NCBI GenBank assembly: GCA_002269645.1
Contig: NIVC01000991.1
Location: 124,001-188,000 of the forward strand
From: Macrostomum lignano
Taxonomy: Eukaryota
Direction of reading: 5' to 3'
DNA: 64,000 bases
A program made the position numbers and the translations under genes. Shown piece after piece: positions 12,701-24,855 of the stretch. A model generated the notes under the pieces. That model saw nothing but the letters and a program-made list of their open reading frames with translations. It was not told where the DNA came from and searched no databases. The number at the start of each line of letters is the position of its first letter. Positions within the stretch are counted from its first letter, which is position 1.

Positions 12701-15201
12701 TAAGTACTTTAGTAGAATTTCACTACCCCCCAGAGCGTGTTTCCGTCAAGAGCCCTTTTTCATACACGTGTGTAGTTAAAGTTGTGCTCAGTTGGAGACA
12801 GGCTAAATAAACTAGCGAAATATTTTTGGGAAACTTTGTCAACGATAAAACTTGCTGTACACATTAAGACAACTATTGATCAAACGGGGGCACGTATAGA
12901 GACAGAACAAAAATGTAATTTATCGCTTTATAAATACTTTATAAAGTTCGTGTTTATTAGCCTGTACAGACTCTGAGTAGATAATGTAGTCATCGCAGAC
13001 TTAAATATTAAATATGCTTCGGAGGGATAGAATGATAGATAGATCAACGTCTAAACTATCTCATTTATGGTGCAGTTGATCAGTTTTGCGAGCATTACAA
13101 ATTGTACATTGCAGAATATTTTATAAACAGAACTTCTATCTCTGTGTAGTTAAGACCTAAATTTTGATATGAAAATCTAAGGGGTGAGATTCTCATTGAG
13201 ACCGGAAATCTAAAAAGTGAGATTTTCATTAAGATCGGAAATGTAAGAGGAGAGATTATCATTGAGAATAGAAATATAAGGGGTGAGATTCTCAGACGGC
13301 TGAATTCAGGTAACGACAGGTATTTCAGACACCAGATACCCTAATGCACTTCTCAGGTATTTCAGACACCAGATACCCTAATGTACCTCTCGGGTATTTC
13401 AGACACCAGATACCCTAATGTACCTCTCAGGTATTTCAGACACCAGATACTCTAATGTACCTATTAGGTATTTCAGACACCAGATACCCTAATGTACCTC
13501 TCAGGTATTTCAGACACCAGATACTCTAATGTACCTATTAGGTATTTCAGACACCAGATACCCTAATGTACCTCTTAGGTATTTCAGACACAAGATACCC
13601 TAATGTACCTCTCAGGTATTTCAGACACCAGATACCCTAATGTACCTATTAGGTATTTCAGACACCAGATACCCTAATGTACCTCTCAGGTATTTCAGAC
13701 ACCAGATACCTTGTGTAGCTTTCAATCCTTTAAATAACCTTGCATTACCAACCAAAACACAAATTCGAACCCACCTTGTAATCTTCATAGCGCCTCTCGA
13801 GTTTTTCCTCCCAGCAGCCAGGTGACAATTGACAAAGGTGAGCAAAGTGTCATGCAGCTGAAATCGCACGGCAGTGCCGCCTTTGTTAGCCATGAAACCC
13901 ATCAGACCGGTGGCCTGAGCGCCGCACTTCAAATTGCGAACCTCACTAATGAGATCTTTCTTAACCGCAACCATTAACAGAGTGGAGAACAGCTTCACAG
14001 TTTTCAGCACTTTATAATCTTTGCTGTTTGCGAATGCTTTTCGGCACAGCTCGCACCAGCGCGTCTGACGCTCGGAGCAGTAGGTTGATAAGTAGTTTCT
14101 GGTGGACATGTCCAACTCCTGATTTAAGGATTTTGGGGGAGTGACGTTTGGCTGATCGATTTGCAACTTTTATTCAAATAATCACTAAGGTCTTAGTTGC
14201 TAATCCCCGCTAACGAAGGAGTCGCTAATCAATTCACTAAGTAGCTGCTAATCCATTCACTAAGAAGCTGCTAATCAATTCACTAAGGAGCTGCTAATCA
14301 ATTCACTAAGGAGCTGCTAATCCATTCACTAAAGAGCTGCTAATCCATTCACTAAAGAGCTGCTAATCCATTCATTAAGAAGCTGCTAATCCATTCAATA
14401 AGGAGCTGCTAATCCATTCACTAAAGAGCTGCTAATCCATTCACTAAGAAGCTGCTAATCCATTCACTAAAGAGCTGCTAATCAATTCACTAAGGAGTTG
14501 CTAATCCATTCACTAAGGAGCTGCTAATCCATTCACTAAAGAGCTGCTAATCCATTCATTAAGAAGCTGCTAATCCATTCTTTAAGGAGCTGCTAATCCC
14601 TCTTTAAGGAGCCGGTAATCCCCATTTAAGGAGCCGGTAATCCCCATTTAAGGAGCCGCTAATCCCCATTAAGGAGCCGCTAATCTCTCTTTAAGGAGCC
14701 GCTAATTCCCCACACTAAGGAGCAGCAAATCCCCATGCCACTAGATTTTTTAAGGCTTATAGTCCAGTCTCTAAGTACATTATACGTTGCTTGCACCAAT
14801 CACCCATTGTTTTATTCAGCTCAAGCAGCTAATCCTATAGTATTGAACTAACCCAGCTAGAGCCGATAATCCCCGCTCCCAGTTACCTGAAATCCTAAAG
14901 CATAGATATCTGGAGCAGAATCTGCGCACTGCAGCCACTTAGTGAGATCTTCGGCTTCGCTAAATTGATTATTAACATTCCAGGTGCCGCAGAACACTTT
15001 CAAGCCGCTATAGTCGATGAAATCTCGGTGCCGCTCGTGTAGACGATACCTAAGCAGCTCCTCCCTGGCCTGTTCGTACTCGTCCCCAGGACCACCTGAG
15101 CTTTCGCGCTTCTCAGCCAAGGTGAGTAGAGCTTCGTCAGATGGCTCAGAAGATGGTACCAAGTGGGAGTCACTGCTTGTGCTACTGCTCAGCACTGACA
15201 T
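6720..15201 (-). CDS. OCRL: OCRL/INPP5B-family inositol polyphosphate 5-phosphatase (5-phosphatase, ASH and RhoGAP-like domains), ~783 aa
   Basis: Exons 14887-15201, 13775-14118, 11447-11755, 10253-10570, 9026-9316, 8464-8707, 7419-7723 and 6720-6944, all GT-AG with compatible phases. Motifs: GTWNVN, PDIYALGFQ|ELD, NKGG, NCHLAA, FWFGDLNFR, PSYKF, PSWCDRVL, SDHKPV, EDILV..GKHFFL, PTCFG, PREVVRL, LECLPD. Exon 2 is 344 bp and lacks one G at 13810-13812. Confidence 0.93.
7005..7352. repeat. 32/33-bp G-rich minisatellite in OCRL intron 7
   Basis: Unit gggcggaaatagggcgggtcaagcaagggaag, ~10 copies. Confidence 0.95.
7847..8420. repeat. 28-bp minisatellite in OCRL intron 6
   Basis: Unit atatcccctaccaacatatccctattga, degenerate at both ends. 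Confidence 0.95.
8772..9010. repeat. 13-bp-based minisatellite in OCRL intron 5
   Basis: Alternating variants gagattctgatgt / gagattcttgtat / gagactctaatat. Confidence 0.9.
9470..10215. repeat. 20-bp minisatellite in OCRL intron 4
   Basis: Unit aatgaccgaatctacctact, ~35 copies. Confidence 0.95.
10818..11360. mobile_element. GACTC/GAGTC-rich decayed non-autonomous element in OCRL intron 3
   Basis: Dense gcgactct/agagtcgc motifs in both orientations. Shares aaaagagtcgccaaaaaagtcgtccaaga-like sequence with 38930-39360. Confidence 0.4.
11895..12650. repeat. 31-bp minisatellite in OCRL intron 2
   Basis: Unit cagatctaagagcgtgtgtacttaaatgaca, ~24 copies. Confidence 0.96.
13311..13712. repeat. 37-bp minisatellite in OCRL intron 2
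   Basis: Unit aggtatttcagacaccagataccctaatgtacctctc, ~11 copies. Confidence 0.95.
14205..14735. repeat. 23-bp minisatellite in OCRL intron 1
   Basis: Unit gctgctaatccattcactaagga, drifting to gccgctaatcccc(a)ttaagga at the right end. Confidence 0.95.
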
Positions 15202-15336
15202 ACTTTATAACTTGTTGCTAAATTGACAAACGAAACCAATAAAAATCGTTTAGAAAGCAAACACAAAACTGGGGTTTAAACATGAAAATAACAGAATGGA
15301 TTCTTTGGTTTTATAGTGTGAATAGCATTGATAAGA

Positions 15337-15682
15337 CAAAGGGTGGGCAAGCTCCATCCCACGGGTCACATACTGTGAAGCCTCTCTATCCAGCCCTTGG
15401 GTCCTTTGAAACTTTGCAATAGCAATTTGGAAACACCTGTCTATCTTTCTTTTTTCTAATTTTCTACCTCTCCACTCATCTCCTTTCTCTCCAATCTCTG
15501 TGCATCTTTCCTTTCCTCTCCCTTCTCCCCTAATATCCCCTCTTCGCTTATTTCCCCTCTCTCCTCTTTTCTTCCCTTTTCTCCTACATATTCTCTATTT
15601 TATAGGCTTATTCTCCCTGGTCCCCAGCCATGCACTAGTTTTTTTTATATAGCCCCTATATAAAAAAGCTTGCCTGCCCCTA
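15337..15682. mobile_element. Heavily decayed hAT/Charlie-type MITE
   Basis: Left end caaagggtgggcaagctccatcccacgggtcac and right end aagcttgcctgccccta are decayed versions of CAGGGGTGGGCAAACT-CCGGCCC termini. The interior is CT-rich. A related copy lies at 52477. Confidence 0.45.
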
Positions 15683-17218
15683 TTATAGACAGAAAAACAC
15701 ATTATACTCGATTTAGCTACTTGGCTATATATTATTAGTAACTTTTTGATTTAATATATGATAGCACAGAACCTCATTTCCTAGCCAATGTGGCTACTAA
15801 AAAGAGATCCAGATCAACAAAGACAAAAAATAATTATATTAATTAAAAATGTTATTTGAATAAAAATTCAGTCATAAACACAAATCTATTTTTATATAAT
15901 TTTATATAATTTAAACTTTTACTTGAAATTAAACAAATTCTATATCAAAATTCTTTGTTTGGCTTAGACTAACCTCTGATAGTGATATAGTCCAATGAAA
16001 AAGTCTATATTTTTTAACTAAATAGACCTAAGCATAACTTATCTGAAAATCATATTAATTATAAAATTAAAAATAGAGTTGATGCCAAACTAATGCTACT
16101 AACTAAAAGTTTAGTAGCATATCTTCTCAAACTTTAGCCAAGTTTATAAGACAATATATCTAGAATTGAAGAATAAGAATATTGTTTCTTAGAAAAACAT
16201 AAGCCAAATAAAGATAATAGACAATGGGTGGCTAACATAGAATTTTTTGTTATAAGCCTATATTAAAAACCAATAAAAACAAATAATAAAAACCAATTTT
16301 TAATGAGTATATAAATTAGAATAAATAATCTTCACTGGCTCTAGAATTTACTTAATCAATACTTTAAGAGACTATTAATATCCTTATTACACTAAAGTCT
16401 ACAGACTAGACTACAAACTACTGCATGGCTTGCCTTTAACATGTATAAATTGGACGTTAGAGCTGTGAATATCATTGACATTATTATTAACTCAAGCTTG
16501 AAGTATATTTAAGTAATAATGTACTACTAATGTAAGGTATACGATACGTACATAACATAGATTAGACGAGAATGGAAGTTCTCTGCGCAGACTGCGCTAA
16601 GCTGTGAGTAATGAGCACTTTCCGTCTTTCCGTTTGATCACTTTCTAGGAACCAGCCAACTTATCCGCGACAATAAAAACGTTTCGTTTATAACGAGCAT
16701 TAGAAAAGTGACTGGTGATTTAGTGAGGGGGACTACTGTGGCAAAAAACTAATGCTGATTAGAGACAGATTTTCACAGATTCATAGTCAAAATTATATTT
16801 ACATTCATACATGATGATATTACCTACAGGAACTATTTTAACAGCTTTTAAGTGGAAGCGTCTAATGAAACACCCAAGGACTTCATTCACAACTAGTTGT
16901 CCTTGGAAACATTAATATGTAATGAAGTGAACTTTTGTTGATGTGACCACTCTGTCGAAGGAATGAGGAGAAAAAACGACCTAATTAAATAACTTAAGTC
17001 GGCAAGATTCCTAACTGTTCATAGGCCTACACATTTTTATGGATACGCGTCACTGGATTTGGGTACAGATTCAAAAAGCAAAAGCAAAAGACGCTAATTT
17101 TACTACTGAAGAAACAGTCGGTGAGCGCATTTTTGTGAGTGACATTTCTACGACCTAGTTATTGTAGTATATGAGGAGTATACTAACACTAGCGATACGT
17201 GAAGCGTTCTTTTACTGA

Positions 17219-19455
17219 ATGATGAGGCAGCCGTCCCCCAGTATCACTATCCCCACCCTCCCAAACTGCAGAAAGCTGATCAGCTACTCATTCGTGGCTC
17301 CCAGAGCTGTCAACTATTATCAGGTGACCAGCGGCTCCATCAGCCTCAACAGCTCCGTCACCAGCCAGCTGCTTGCCGACACCACCGAGGACTCTGATGG
17401 TCACCGCGCGATGAAGTGTCGGACGAAGTCCTGCGCCGCCGTGGTCGTCAAGGACTCCTGGGACCGGCGCTGACTGTGCCAGATGCTAGTCATCAACGAT
17501 GCCAGTCAGCTGATCCTGAGTCCGGAGACCTTCGCTGCCAGGGAGCTGCGCGCGGCCTGGCCACGGCGTCAGGGTCTGGAAGGCTGACGACTTCAACGAG
17601 AAGCGACGCAAAGGCACCGTGGTAAAGTACATGTACTTCTACAGTGAGTCTCTGATTTTAATTTTTTTTTAAAGTGAATTACTACTTCTACTGTAGAGTA
17701 GTAAAACACCCATATTAACTGTATACTTCAAGATTTTTAAGTATTACATTTTTAAATTGTAATTTACTGCTGTCCGCGCAGTGGCGAGACGGTAGTGAGT
17801 GATTTTTATGAAAAGCTGCTTTTTATGATGGATAGAGCTCCCACACTTGGCTCTGCTGCTCTTCCTTCTCTTCCTCTCCCCTTCTCGGCCCCCTCTCCCT
17901 CTCTCTCCCTATCCACCCTCTCCCCATTTCCCCCTCTCTCCCTCATTACCCCTGGCCCCCTCCCCACCTCCCCCTCTCCCCTCTCTCCCCCTCTCCCCTC
18001 TTTCTCTCTTACCCTCTCTAACTTCTCCCCCTCTTTCTTGGCTCTGCTCATGAAATTAACGGCCTCGAGGGCCAACCCCAAAGGCACAGTTATGTACATG
18101 CCTAACGAATGATAAATAAAGTTAGGGCCGCTGTACACTCCTGTGTGAGTGTGTGCCTTTGGGTATGACTGCGTACGTATCCGCGCGCTTGTGTGCCTGC
18201 TCAGGGGAGTCGGCGGAATGGGCAGCAATGCCTCTCGCCGGTTGTGTGCGCCACAGTGCCTTTGAAAAATCAAATAGAGGCACTGCAATTCCACAGAGAG
18301 CGGCTCAGGCAGAACCGACACCGTCCAGTACCTGACTGTTGCCGAGGCCGGCTGCTACCGTATCGATGCTTTCGGCGCAAGGGGCGGCTTCGATTTCGAC
18401 GCGACCAAGCAGCCGGGCAGAGGCGCATCGGTTTCTGGCAGCTTCAGCCTGACAGCAGACACCCAGCTGGCTATCGTGGTTGCACAGGCGGGTGGCAACT
18501 CGGCTGCCGAACAAGCCGGTTCTGGCGGCGGCGGCGGCAGCTTCGTGTACAGAAGTGGCGACAGTCAGCCGCTTCTCGCTGCCGGTGGAGGCAGCGGCGC
18601 GGCCTACTATATAGATGGCAGCTAGTGATGACGTAATCGAGTCATATACAATAGCATCTTGTATTGGTGTTTGCATCAAGGCTAGGCAGAGCGTGCACCA
18701 AGGTTAGGCAGAGTGTGCACCAAGGCTAGGCAGAGTGTGCACCAAGGCTAGGCAGAGTGTGCACCAAGGCTAGGCAGAGTGTGCACCAAGGCTAGGCAGA
18801 GTGTGCACCAAGGCTAGGCAGAGTGTGCTGTGTGCACCAAGGCTAGGCAGAGTGTGCACCAAGGCTAGGCAGAGGCATCTCAGCAATCCCCATGAGGCTT
18901 GGCATCTCAGCAATTCCCCCCATGAGGCTTGGCATCTCAGCAACTCCTCATTATTTCCAGGAATCGCCGGCTCCTCGGATACCAAAGGAGCTGACACCAA
19001 CTATCCGGCTTCAACGGACGATATCGGAGCCGGAAGAACGGATGGCGGGCCCGGCAAAGTGCCAACAACTCGCTACACAGTACAATTCAGGTTCTTCATT
19101 ACCGACTGCTACACTTACGGCAAAGGTGGCCCTGGCGCTGGTTGGTTGAGCTCGGCGTTCTCAGACAGCTCATTCAAAAAATGCGACGGCACTGGCGGCA
19201 GAAGCCGCGACGGCAACCCGCCGTGGCTGGGCTGAATTCGCGGCGAAGACGCTCTGACAGGAGACGGCGGCTTCGGTGGCGGCGGCGGCGGAGCCAACGG
19301 AGGCAACTTTGGAAGAGATTTTGGCGCCAGCGGCGGCGGCGGCGGCTACAGCATTTGGCAGCGGCTGCGTCACCGTTGCTGGGGGCAATGAAGCGGACGA
19401 TGGCAATGGAAGAGTGATCTTTAGTAGGACTGAACTTGGCGCCTGCGATTCTTAA
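17219..19455 (+). pseudogene. Decayed gene: PAN/Apple-like Cys region plus ALK/LTK-type glycine-rich domain
   Basis: Exon 18297-18617 encodes TVQYLTVAEAGCYRIDAFGARGG...GRGASVSGSFSL...QLAIVVAQAGG...GSGGGGGSFV...PLLAAGGGSG. The exon from 18961 encodes GGPGAGW...DGGFGGGGGG...SGGGGGYS...GNGRVIF. There is a TGA at 19233-19235, a frameshift near 19350 and a GC donor at 18618. The upstream 17219-17621 segment has in-frame TGAs and a C-x3-C...C pattern. Confidence 0.7.
18678..18870. repeat. 22-bp minisatellite in the glycine-rich gene intron
   Basis: Unit ggctaggcagagtgtgcaccaa, ~8 copies. Confidence 0.93.
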
Positions 19456-19584
19456 AGACAAAGAGTTGAGTACTGTGCGAGCATTGATGATTGGGTTTCT
19501 AAGTACACTCGGACACTTTAGTATGCGTAGGTGCTGTGATGAGTCAGTGCGGAAATTTCTAACTCAAAACAGAGTCAGTGTTAG

Positions 19585-22033
19585 TGCCCCCCTTACAGTA
19601 GCTTTGGCGTCCCTTACAATAGCTTTAGCGCTCCTTGCAGTAGCTTTTGCGTCCCTTACAATAGCTTTAGCGCTCCTTGCAGTAGCTTTGGCGCCCCTTG
19701 CAGTAGCTTTGGCGCCCCTTGCAGTAGCTTTGGCGCCTCCTTGCAGTAGCTTTGGCGCCCCCTTGCAGTAGCTTTGGCGCCCCTTGCAGTAGCTTTGGCG
19801 CCCCTTGCAGTAGCTTTGGCGCCTCCTTGCAGTAGCTTTGGCGCCCCCTTGCAGTGGCTTTGGCGCCCCTTGCAGTGGCTTTGGCGCCCCTTGCAGTAGC
19901 TTTAGCGCCCCCTTGCAGTGGCTTTGGCGCCCCTTGCAGTAGCTTTGGCGCCCCCTGCAGTAACTTTGGCGCCCCTTGCAGCAGCTTTCGTGCCCCTTGC
20001 AGTAGCTTTGGCGCCCCTTGCAGTAGCTTTGGCGCCCCCTTGCATTAGCTTTGGCGCCCCCTTGCAGTAACTTTGGTGCCCCCTTGCAGTAGCTTTGGCA
20101 CCCCTTGCAGCAGCTTTGGCGCCCCCTTGCAGTAGCTTTGGCACCCCTTGCAGTAGCTTTGGCACCCCTTGCAGCAGCTTTGGCGCCCCCTTGCATTAGC
20201 TTTGGCGCCCTCTTGCAGTAACTTTGGTGCCCCCTTGCAGTAGCTTTGGCACCCCTTGCAGCAGCTTTGGCGCCCCCTTGCAGTAGCTTTGGCACCCCTT
20301 GCAGCAGCTTTGGCGCCCCCTTGCATTAGCTTTGGCGCCCCCTTGCAGTAGCTTTGGCGCCCCCTTGCATTAGTGGACAAGCGTGGTACCTGTGGTTTAG
20401 GCTACTGGTTTATTCTGTTTTCTATTATTACTTCTGTTATCCTGTACTCTAATTTGGTAGGTTGCTGCCACCAGACTAATGTCCCTTATAATAATAGTTT
20501 TAAATAAAAATAAGTGAGACAAGAGTCGACTTCATGGAAGATTATTGGAGTAAACAAACAAAAGAAAATGATATTATTGAACCAAATATGCAAAGATTTA
20601 AGCACTATTATTACTACGTTATTAGAACCGGTAGACTCCTGGTTCCTTTCCCGTACTTCTATCTAACTGACTATACTAATTCCTATTCTCGGTAGACTCC
20701 GTTTTTGACTAAGCGGTAGACTCCTCTTAGTCTCCCTATTTTACCCCGATCTTACCTTTTTTACTTTTTATATATATTCTTTTTATTTTATAAAGGGGAG
20801 ACTCCCTTAGTCTGGCTTTTTTTTGAGACTTAGATCTCTTACAAACGTTGTCCAATGGACGGTCCTGAACAGGATGCTTTTCCCGAGGCCAAACAGCCTT
20901 TTACTAATAGAGAAACCCGCTAAGACTCGAATTCCCATAACTTCAGATATTTTCCCGAAGGTGAACTACTAATAGTAGCGTAAAAGCAAAACTGCTTATT
21001 CTAGAATTTCGTGCTACTAAAATAATTGACTCGACGAATCGGAAACCTTGGCAAATGCCCTTAGCAAAACTGCTTGAACTAAACCCCCTACTACATTAGC
21101 TTTGGCGCCCCCTTACAGTAACTTTGGTGTCCCCTTGCATTAGCTTTGGCGCCCCCTTGAAGTCCCTTTGGCGACCCTTGCAGTAGCTTTGGCGCCCCCT
21201 TGCAGCAGCATTTTCGCGCCTTCCAGCAGCTTTGGCGCCCCTTGCAGCAGCTTTGGCGCCCCTTGCAGTAGCTTTGGCACCCCTTGCAGCAGCTTTGGCG
21301 CCCCCTTGCAGCAGCTTTGGCGCCCCTTGCAGTAACTTTGGTGCCCCCTTGAAGTCCCTTCGGCGACCCTTGCAGTAGCTTTGGCGCCCCCTTGAAGCAG
21401 CATTTGCGCGCCTTCCAGCAGCTTTGGCGCCCCTTGCAGCAGCTTTGGCGCCCTTTGCAGTAGCTTTGGCGCCCCTCGCAGCAGCTTTGGCGCCCCTTGC
21501 AGCAGCTTTGGCGCCCCTTGCAGTAGCTTTGGCGCCCCCTTGCATTAGCTTTGGCGCCCCCTTGCAGTAACTTTGGTGCCCCCTTGCAGTAGCTTTGGCA
21601 CCCCTTGCAGCAGCTTTGGCGCCCCCTTGCATTAGCTTTGGCGCCCCCTTGCAGTAGCTTTGGCGCCCCCTTGCAGCAGCATTTGCGCGCCTTCCAGCAG
21701 CTTTGGCGCCCCTTGCAGCAGCTTTGGCGCCCCTTGCAGTAGCTTTGGCGCCCCTCGCAGCAGCTTTGGCGCCCCTTGCAGCAGCTTTGGCGCCCCTTGC
21801 AGTAGCTTTGGCGCCCCCTTGCAGTAGCTTTGGCGCCCCCTTGCTGTAGCTTTGGCGCCCCTCGCAGCAGCTTTGGCGCCCCTTGCAGCAGCTTTGGCGC
21901 CCCTTGCAGTAGCTTTGGCGCCCCCTTGCATTAGCTTTGGTGCCCCCTTGCAGTAGCTTTGGCACCCCTTGCAGCAGCTTTGGCGCCCCCTTGCATTAGC
22001 TTTGGCGCCCCCTTGCAGCAGCTTTGGCGCCCC
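19585..22033. repeat. 21/22-bp minisatellite split by a solo LTR
   Basis: Unit ttgcagtagctttggcgcccc(c), in blocks 19585-20373 and 21096-22033. Confidence 0.96.
20374..21095 (+). mobile_element. Solo LTR (Gypsy-type), 722 bp
   Basis: TG...CA termini with a 4-bp TSD ttag (20370-20373 and 21096-21099) taken from the host repeat unit. Internal ggtagactcc motif occurs about four times; the 3' end is C-rich. Confidence 0.7.
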
Positions 22034-22754
22034 AAAGTACAAACTGGAATGTCACTCAATTCGGTTGTGAGTTGTTGTTCTGAATTGTGTAACATTATGT
22101 AAACTTTTTTCATATAGCCAGAATCGTCATATTTGGTAGCCCACAACCAAAATTCAATTTTTGAACAAGTTGAGCCCTTCTAGTTGATCATTGATAGTTG
22201 ATTACATTCCAACTTAAACCGATGAATTAAAAGGTGAGGCATTAAAGTAAAGCAGTAATTTAAAATAATCCGTGCTGAGTACGGAAATTATAATAAAATA
22301 ATACAATTCCAAGGACGATGTACTGGCGAAAATCATTGTCGAGATGGACTGCTGGACCTTCCATGAGATGATGGACCTTCTGAACTTCCGAATTCCAAAT
22401 AAAGCCAGTATGCAGCTACCAGAGACGATTTCTAGTCTCATGGAACATTCACTCGATTACGAGTTTAGCGTCTTTCTACATTATAGTTATTTAGTTAAAA
22501 TAGACAGCTCAATTCAGCACGAAGGCACGCTAATCCTGTTGGACCGGAGTGGGTCAAGAGTCATTGGTTACTGGGAAAACAAATCGAAGAAAATCGCGAC
22601 ATAAATCTTTCATTTACCCGACAAGACTTATTAAAACAATTTTTGGGAGGAAAAATGATCACAAGAAACACCAAACCAGTATTACAATATTGCTATAGCC
22701 CATAGTCCATGCCCTGTCAAATATGGGCCAACTGTGAATCATCAGTAAAAAAAT

Positions 22755-23264
22755 TCACTTGATCAGGTTGCAAACAAAGCCAATTAGAACTACTAAGCCG
22801 GCGTTGCCGGCAGACAAGGCGGCCAGGATGACGGAATTGCGCACCAGATCCGGGTCGCAGTAAGCTGGAGAATTGGCGGCCATCCGAACGTAATTGTCTC
22901 TGATTCTCAGCGCTACGAATAGCGTAAGGGAGGCCCAGGCCACGGCGGCCGTGTTCAGAAGCCATCTGACCGCCTCCATGCACTGGACGCAGGCGTCGTT
23001 CGGCACCGAGGGCCCCATAAGGCGTTCGGCTTCACCGGGCACGCCAGTCCACTTGCTGTTGGCTCGGACGGCGTCCCAGACGCCCCAGACAGCTAGCAGT
23101 GCGGCCAAAGCGCCGTTAACCACAACTGCTACAGGTAGAAAACTTTCCAGTGGACAGTCGTGAAGATTCCTGGTGCCAACGGTGATCTGGGCTAGTCCCA
23201 ATCCCAGGCTGCTGATCACCATCAGGGCGAGGAACACAAGGAGTAGGCTCGAGCATGAGCACAT
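22755..23264 (-). CDS. TMEM272-like multi-pass membrane protein, 169 aa, intronless
   Basis: About four hydrophobic helices, with AQITVGTRNLHDCPLESFLPVAVVVNG and YCDP motifs that match my recollection of the TMEM272-like family. Confidence 0.7.
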   Translation of the reverse strand: MCSCSSLLLVFLALMVISSLGLGLAQITVGTRNLHDCPLESFLPVAVVVNGALAALLAVWGVWDAVRANSKWTGVPGEAERLMGPSVPNDACVQCMEAVRWLLNTAAVAWASLTLFVALRIRDNYVRMAANSPAYCDPDLVRNSVILAALSAGNAGLVVLIGFVCNLIK

Positions 23265-23856
23265 ATCGCCGGCTTTGAAAGTCAGATACCGGACTACAAT
23301 CGAGCCAAACTGTGGTGGAAGTCACGAAAAAGGAATAACACTCGGTCTTTAAAGTGGAACTGCTTAGTTTTTACAAGGCCTGTGTTTCCAAAAAAAGTTC
23401 ACTGCCGAAAGCAAGAAAATTTACAACGCGCATTTGCCATAGCAAGCTGTTTTACCAAGGAATCTTTGGCACCTATTTCGGACAATCTTTTGCGATAATC
23501 ACATACGAAATCAGATAATAACTTGCTTTGCAAAATGCAGCTGCTCACTACAAAAGACAACTATAAACGATAAACTTTGCAGTGCAAGAAGAATCAATCG
23601 ATAGTGCCATTCGTGATCATTCGACTTAAATTTTAGCAAACTCAATCTTCAAATGGAATGAATCGATGAAAATGCATCTGTACGAACGTACGAGCGCAAT
23701 GGTTTACATAATTTACTTAATTATCCCAAAACGGTATACTATGAATACATGTGCTCTAACATAACAGTGGTAGACTAGGTGGCAGGCATACTCGTATTTT
23801 TAATTGCTCGAAATTCAAGCTTGTTTTTGTTAAATACCGTAAGGGAAGGACTCAGG

Positions 23857-24855
23857 TCTTCGATGAGTGTCTCACAGGACTGACTTATGTTGTCTTTGAT
23901 GAGTGTCTCACAGGACTGACTTACTCGTAGGTTGTTTTTGATGAGTGTCTCACAAGACTGACTCAGGTTGTCTTTGATGAGTGTCTCACAGGACTGATTC
24001 AGGTTGTCTTTGATGAGTGTCTCACAGGACTGACTTAGGTGGTCTTTGATGAGTGTCTCACAGGACTGACTTACTCGTAGGTTGTTTTTGATGAGTGTCT
24101 CACAAGACTGACTCAGGTTGTCTTTGATGAGTGTCTCACAGGACTGACTTAGGTGGTCTTTGATGAGTGTCTCACAGGACTGACTCAGGTTGTCTTTGAT
24201 GAGTGTCTCACAGGACTGACTTAGGTTGTCTTTGATGAGTGTCTCACAGGACTGACTTACTCGTAGGTTGTCTTTGATGAGTGTCTCAGGACTGACTCAG
24301 GTTGTCTTTGATGAGTGTCTCACAGGACTGACTTAGGTTGTCTTTGATGAGTGTCTCAGGACTGACTCAGGTTGTCTTTGATGAGTGTCTCACAGGACTG
24401 ACTTAGGTTGTCTTTGATGAGTGTCTCAGGACTGACTCAGGTTGTCTTTGATGAGTGTCTCACAGGACTGACTTACTCGTAGGTTGTCTTTGATGAGTGT
24501 CTCACAGGACTGACTCATGTTGCCTTTGATGAGTGTCTCACAGGACTGACTCAGGTTGTCTTTGATGAGTGTCTCACAGGACTGACTTACGTTGTCTTTG
24601 ATGAGTGTCTCACAGGACTGACTTATGTTGTCTTTGATGAGTGTCTCACAGGACTGACTTATGTTGTCTTTGATGAGTGTCTCACAGGACTGACTTATGT
24701 TGTCTTTGATGAGTGTCTCACAGGACTGACTCATGTTGCCTTTGATGAGTGTCTCACAGGACTGACTCAGGTTGCCTTTGATGAGTGTCTCACCGGACTG
24801 ACTCATGTTGTCTTTGATGAGTGTCTCACAGGACTGACTTATGTTGTCTTTTATA
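23857..24855. repeat. 36-bp minisatellite with 34- and 42-bp variants
   Basis: Unit gttgtctttgatgagtgtctcacaggactgactcag. Confidence 0.96.

Noticed and set aside
17471-19235. In-frame TGA codons as selenocysteine or readthrough
   Set aside because: They co-occur with a frameshift and are not at redox-motif positions, and no SECIS was recognised. Decay is the simpler explanation.
23857-24855. Hammerhead ribozyme array (TGATGAG in each unit)
   Set aside because: The unit lacks the C of CUGAUGA and the GAAA core, and no stem I/III pairing is seen.
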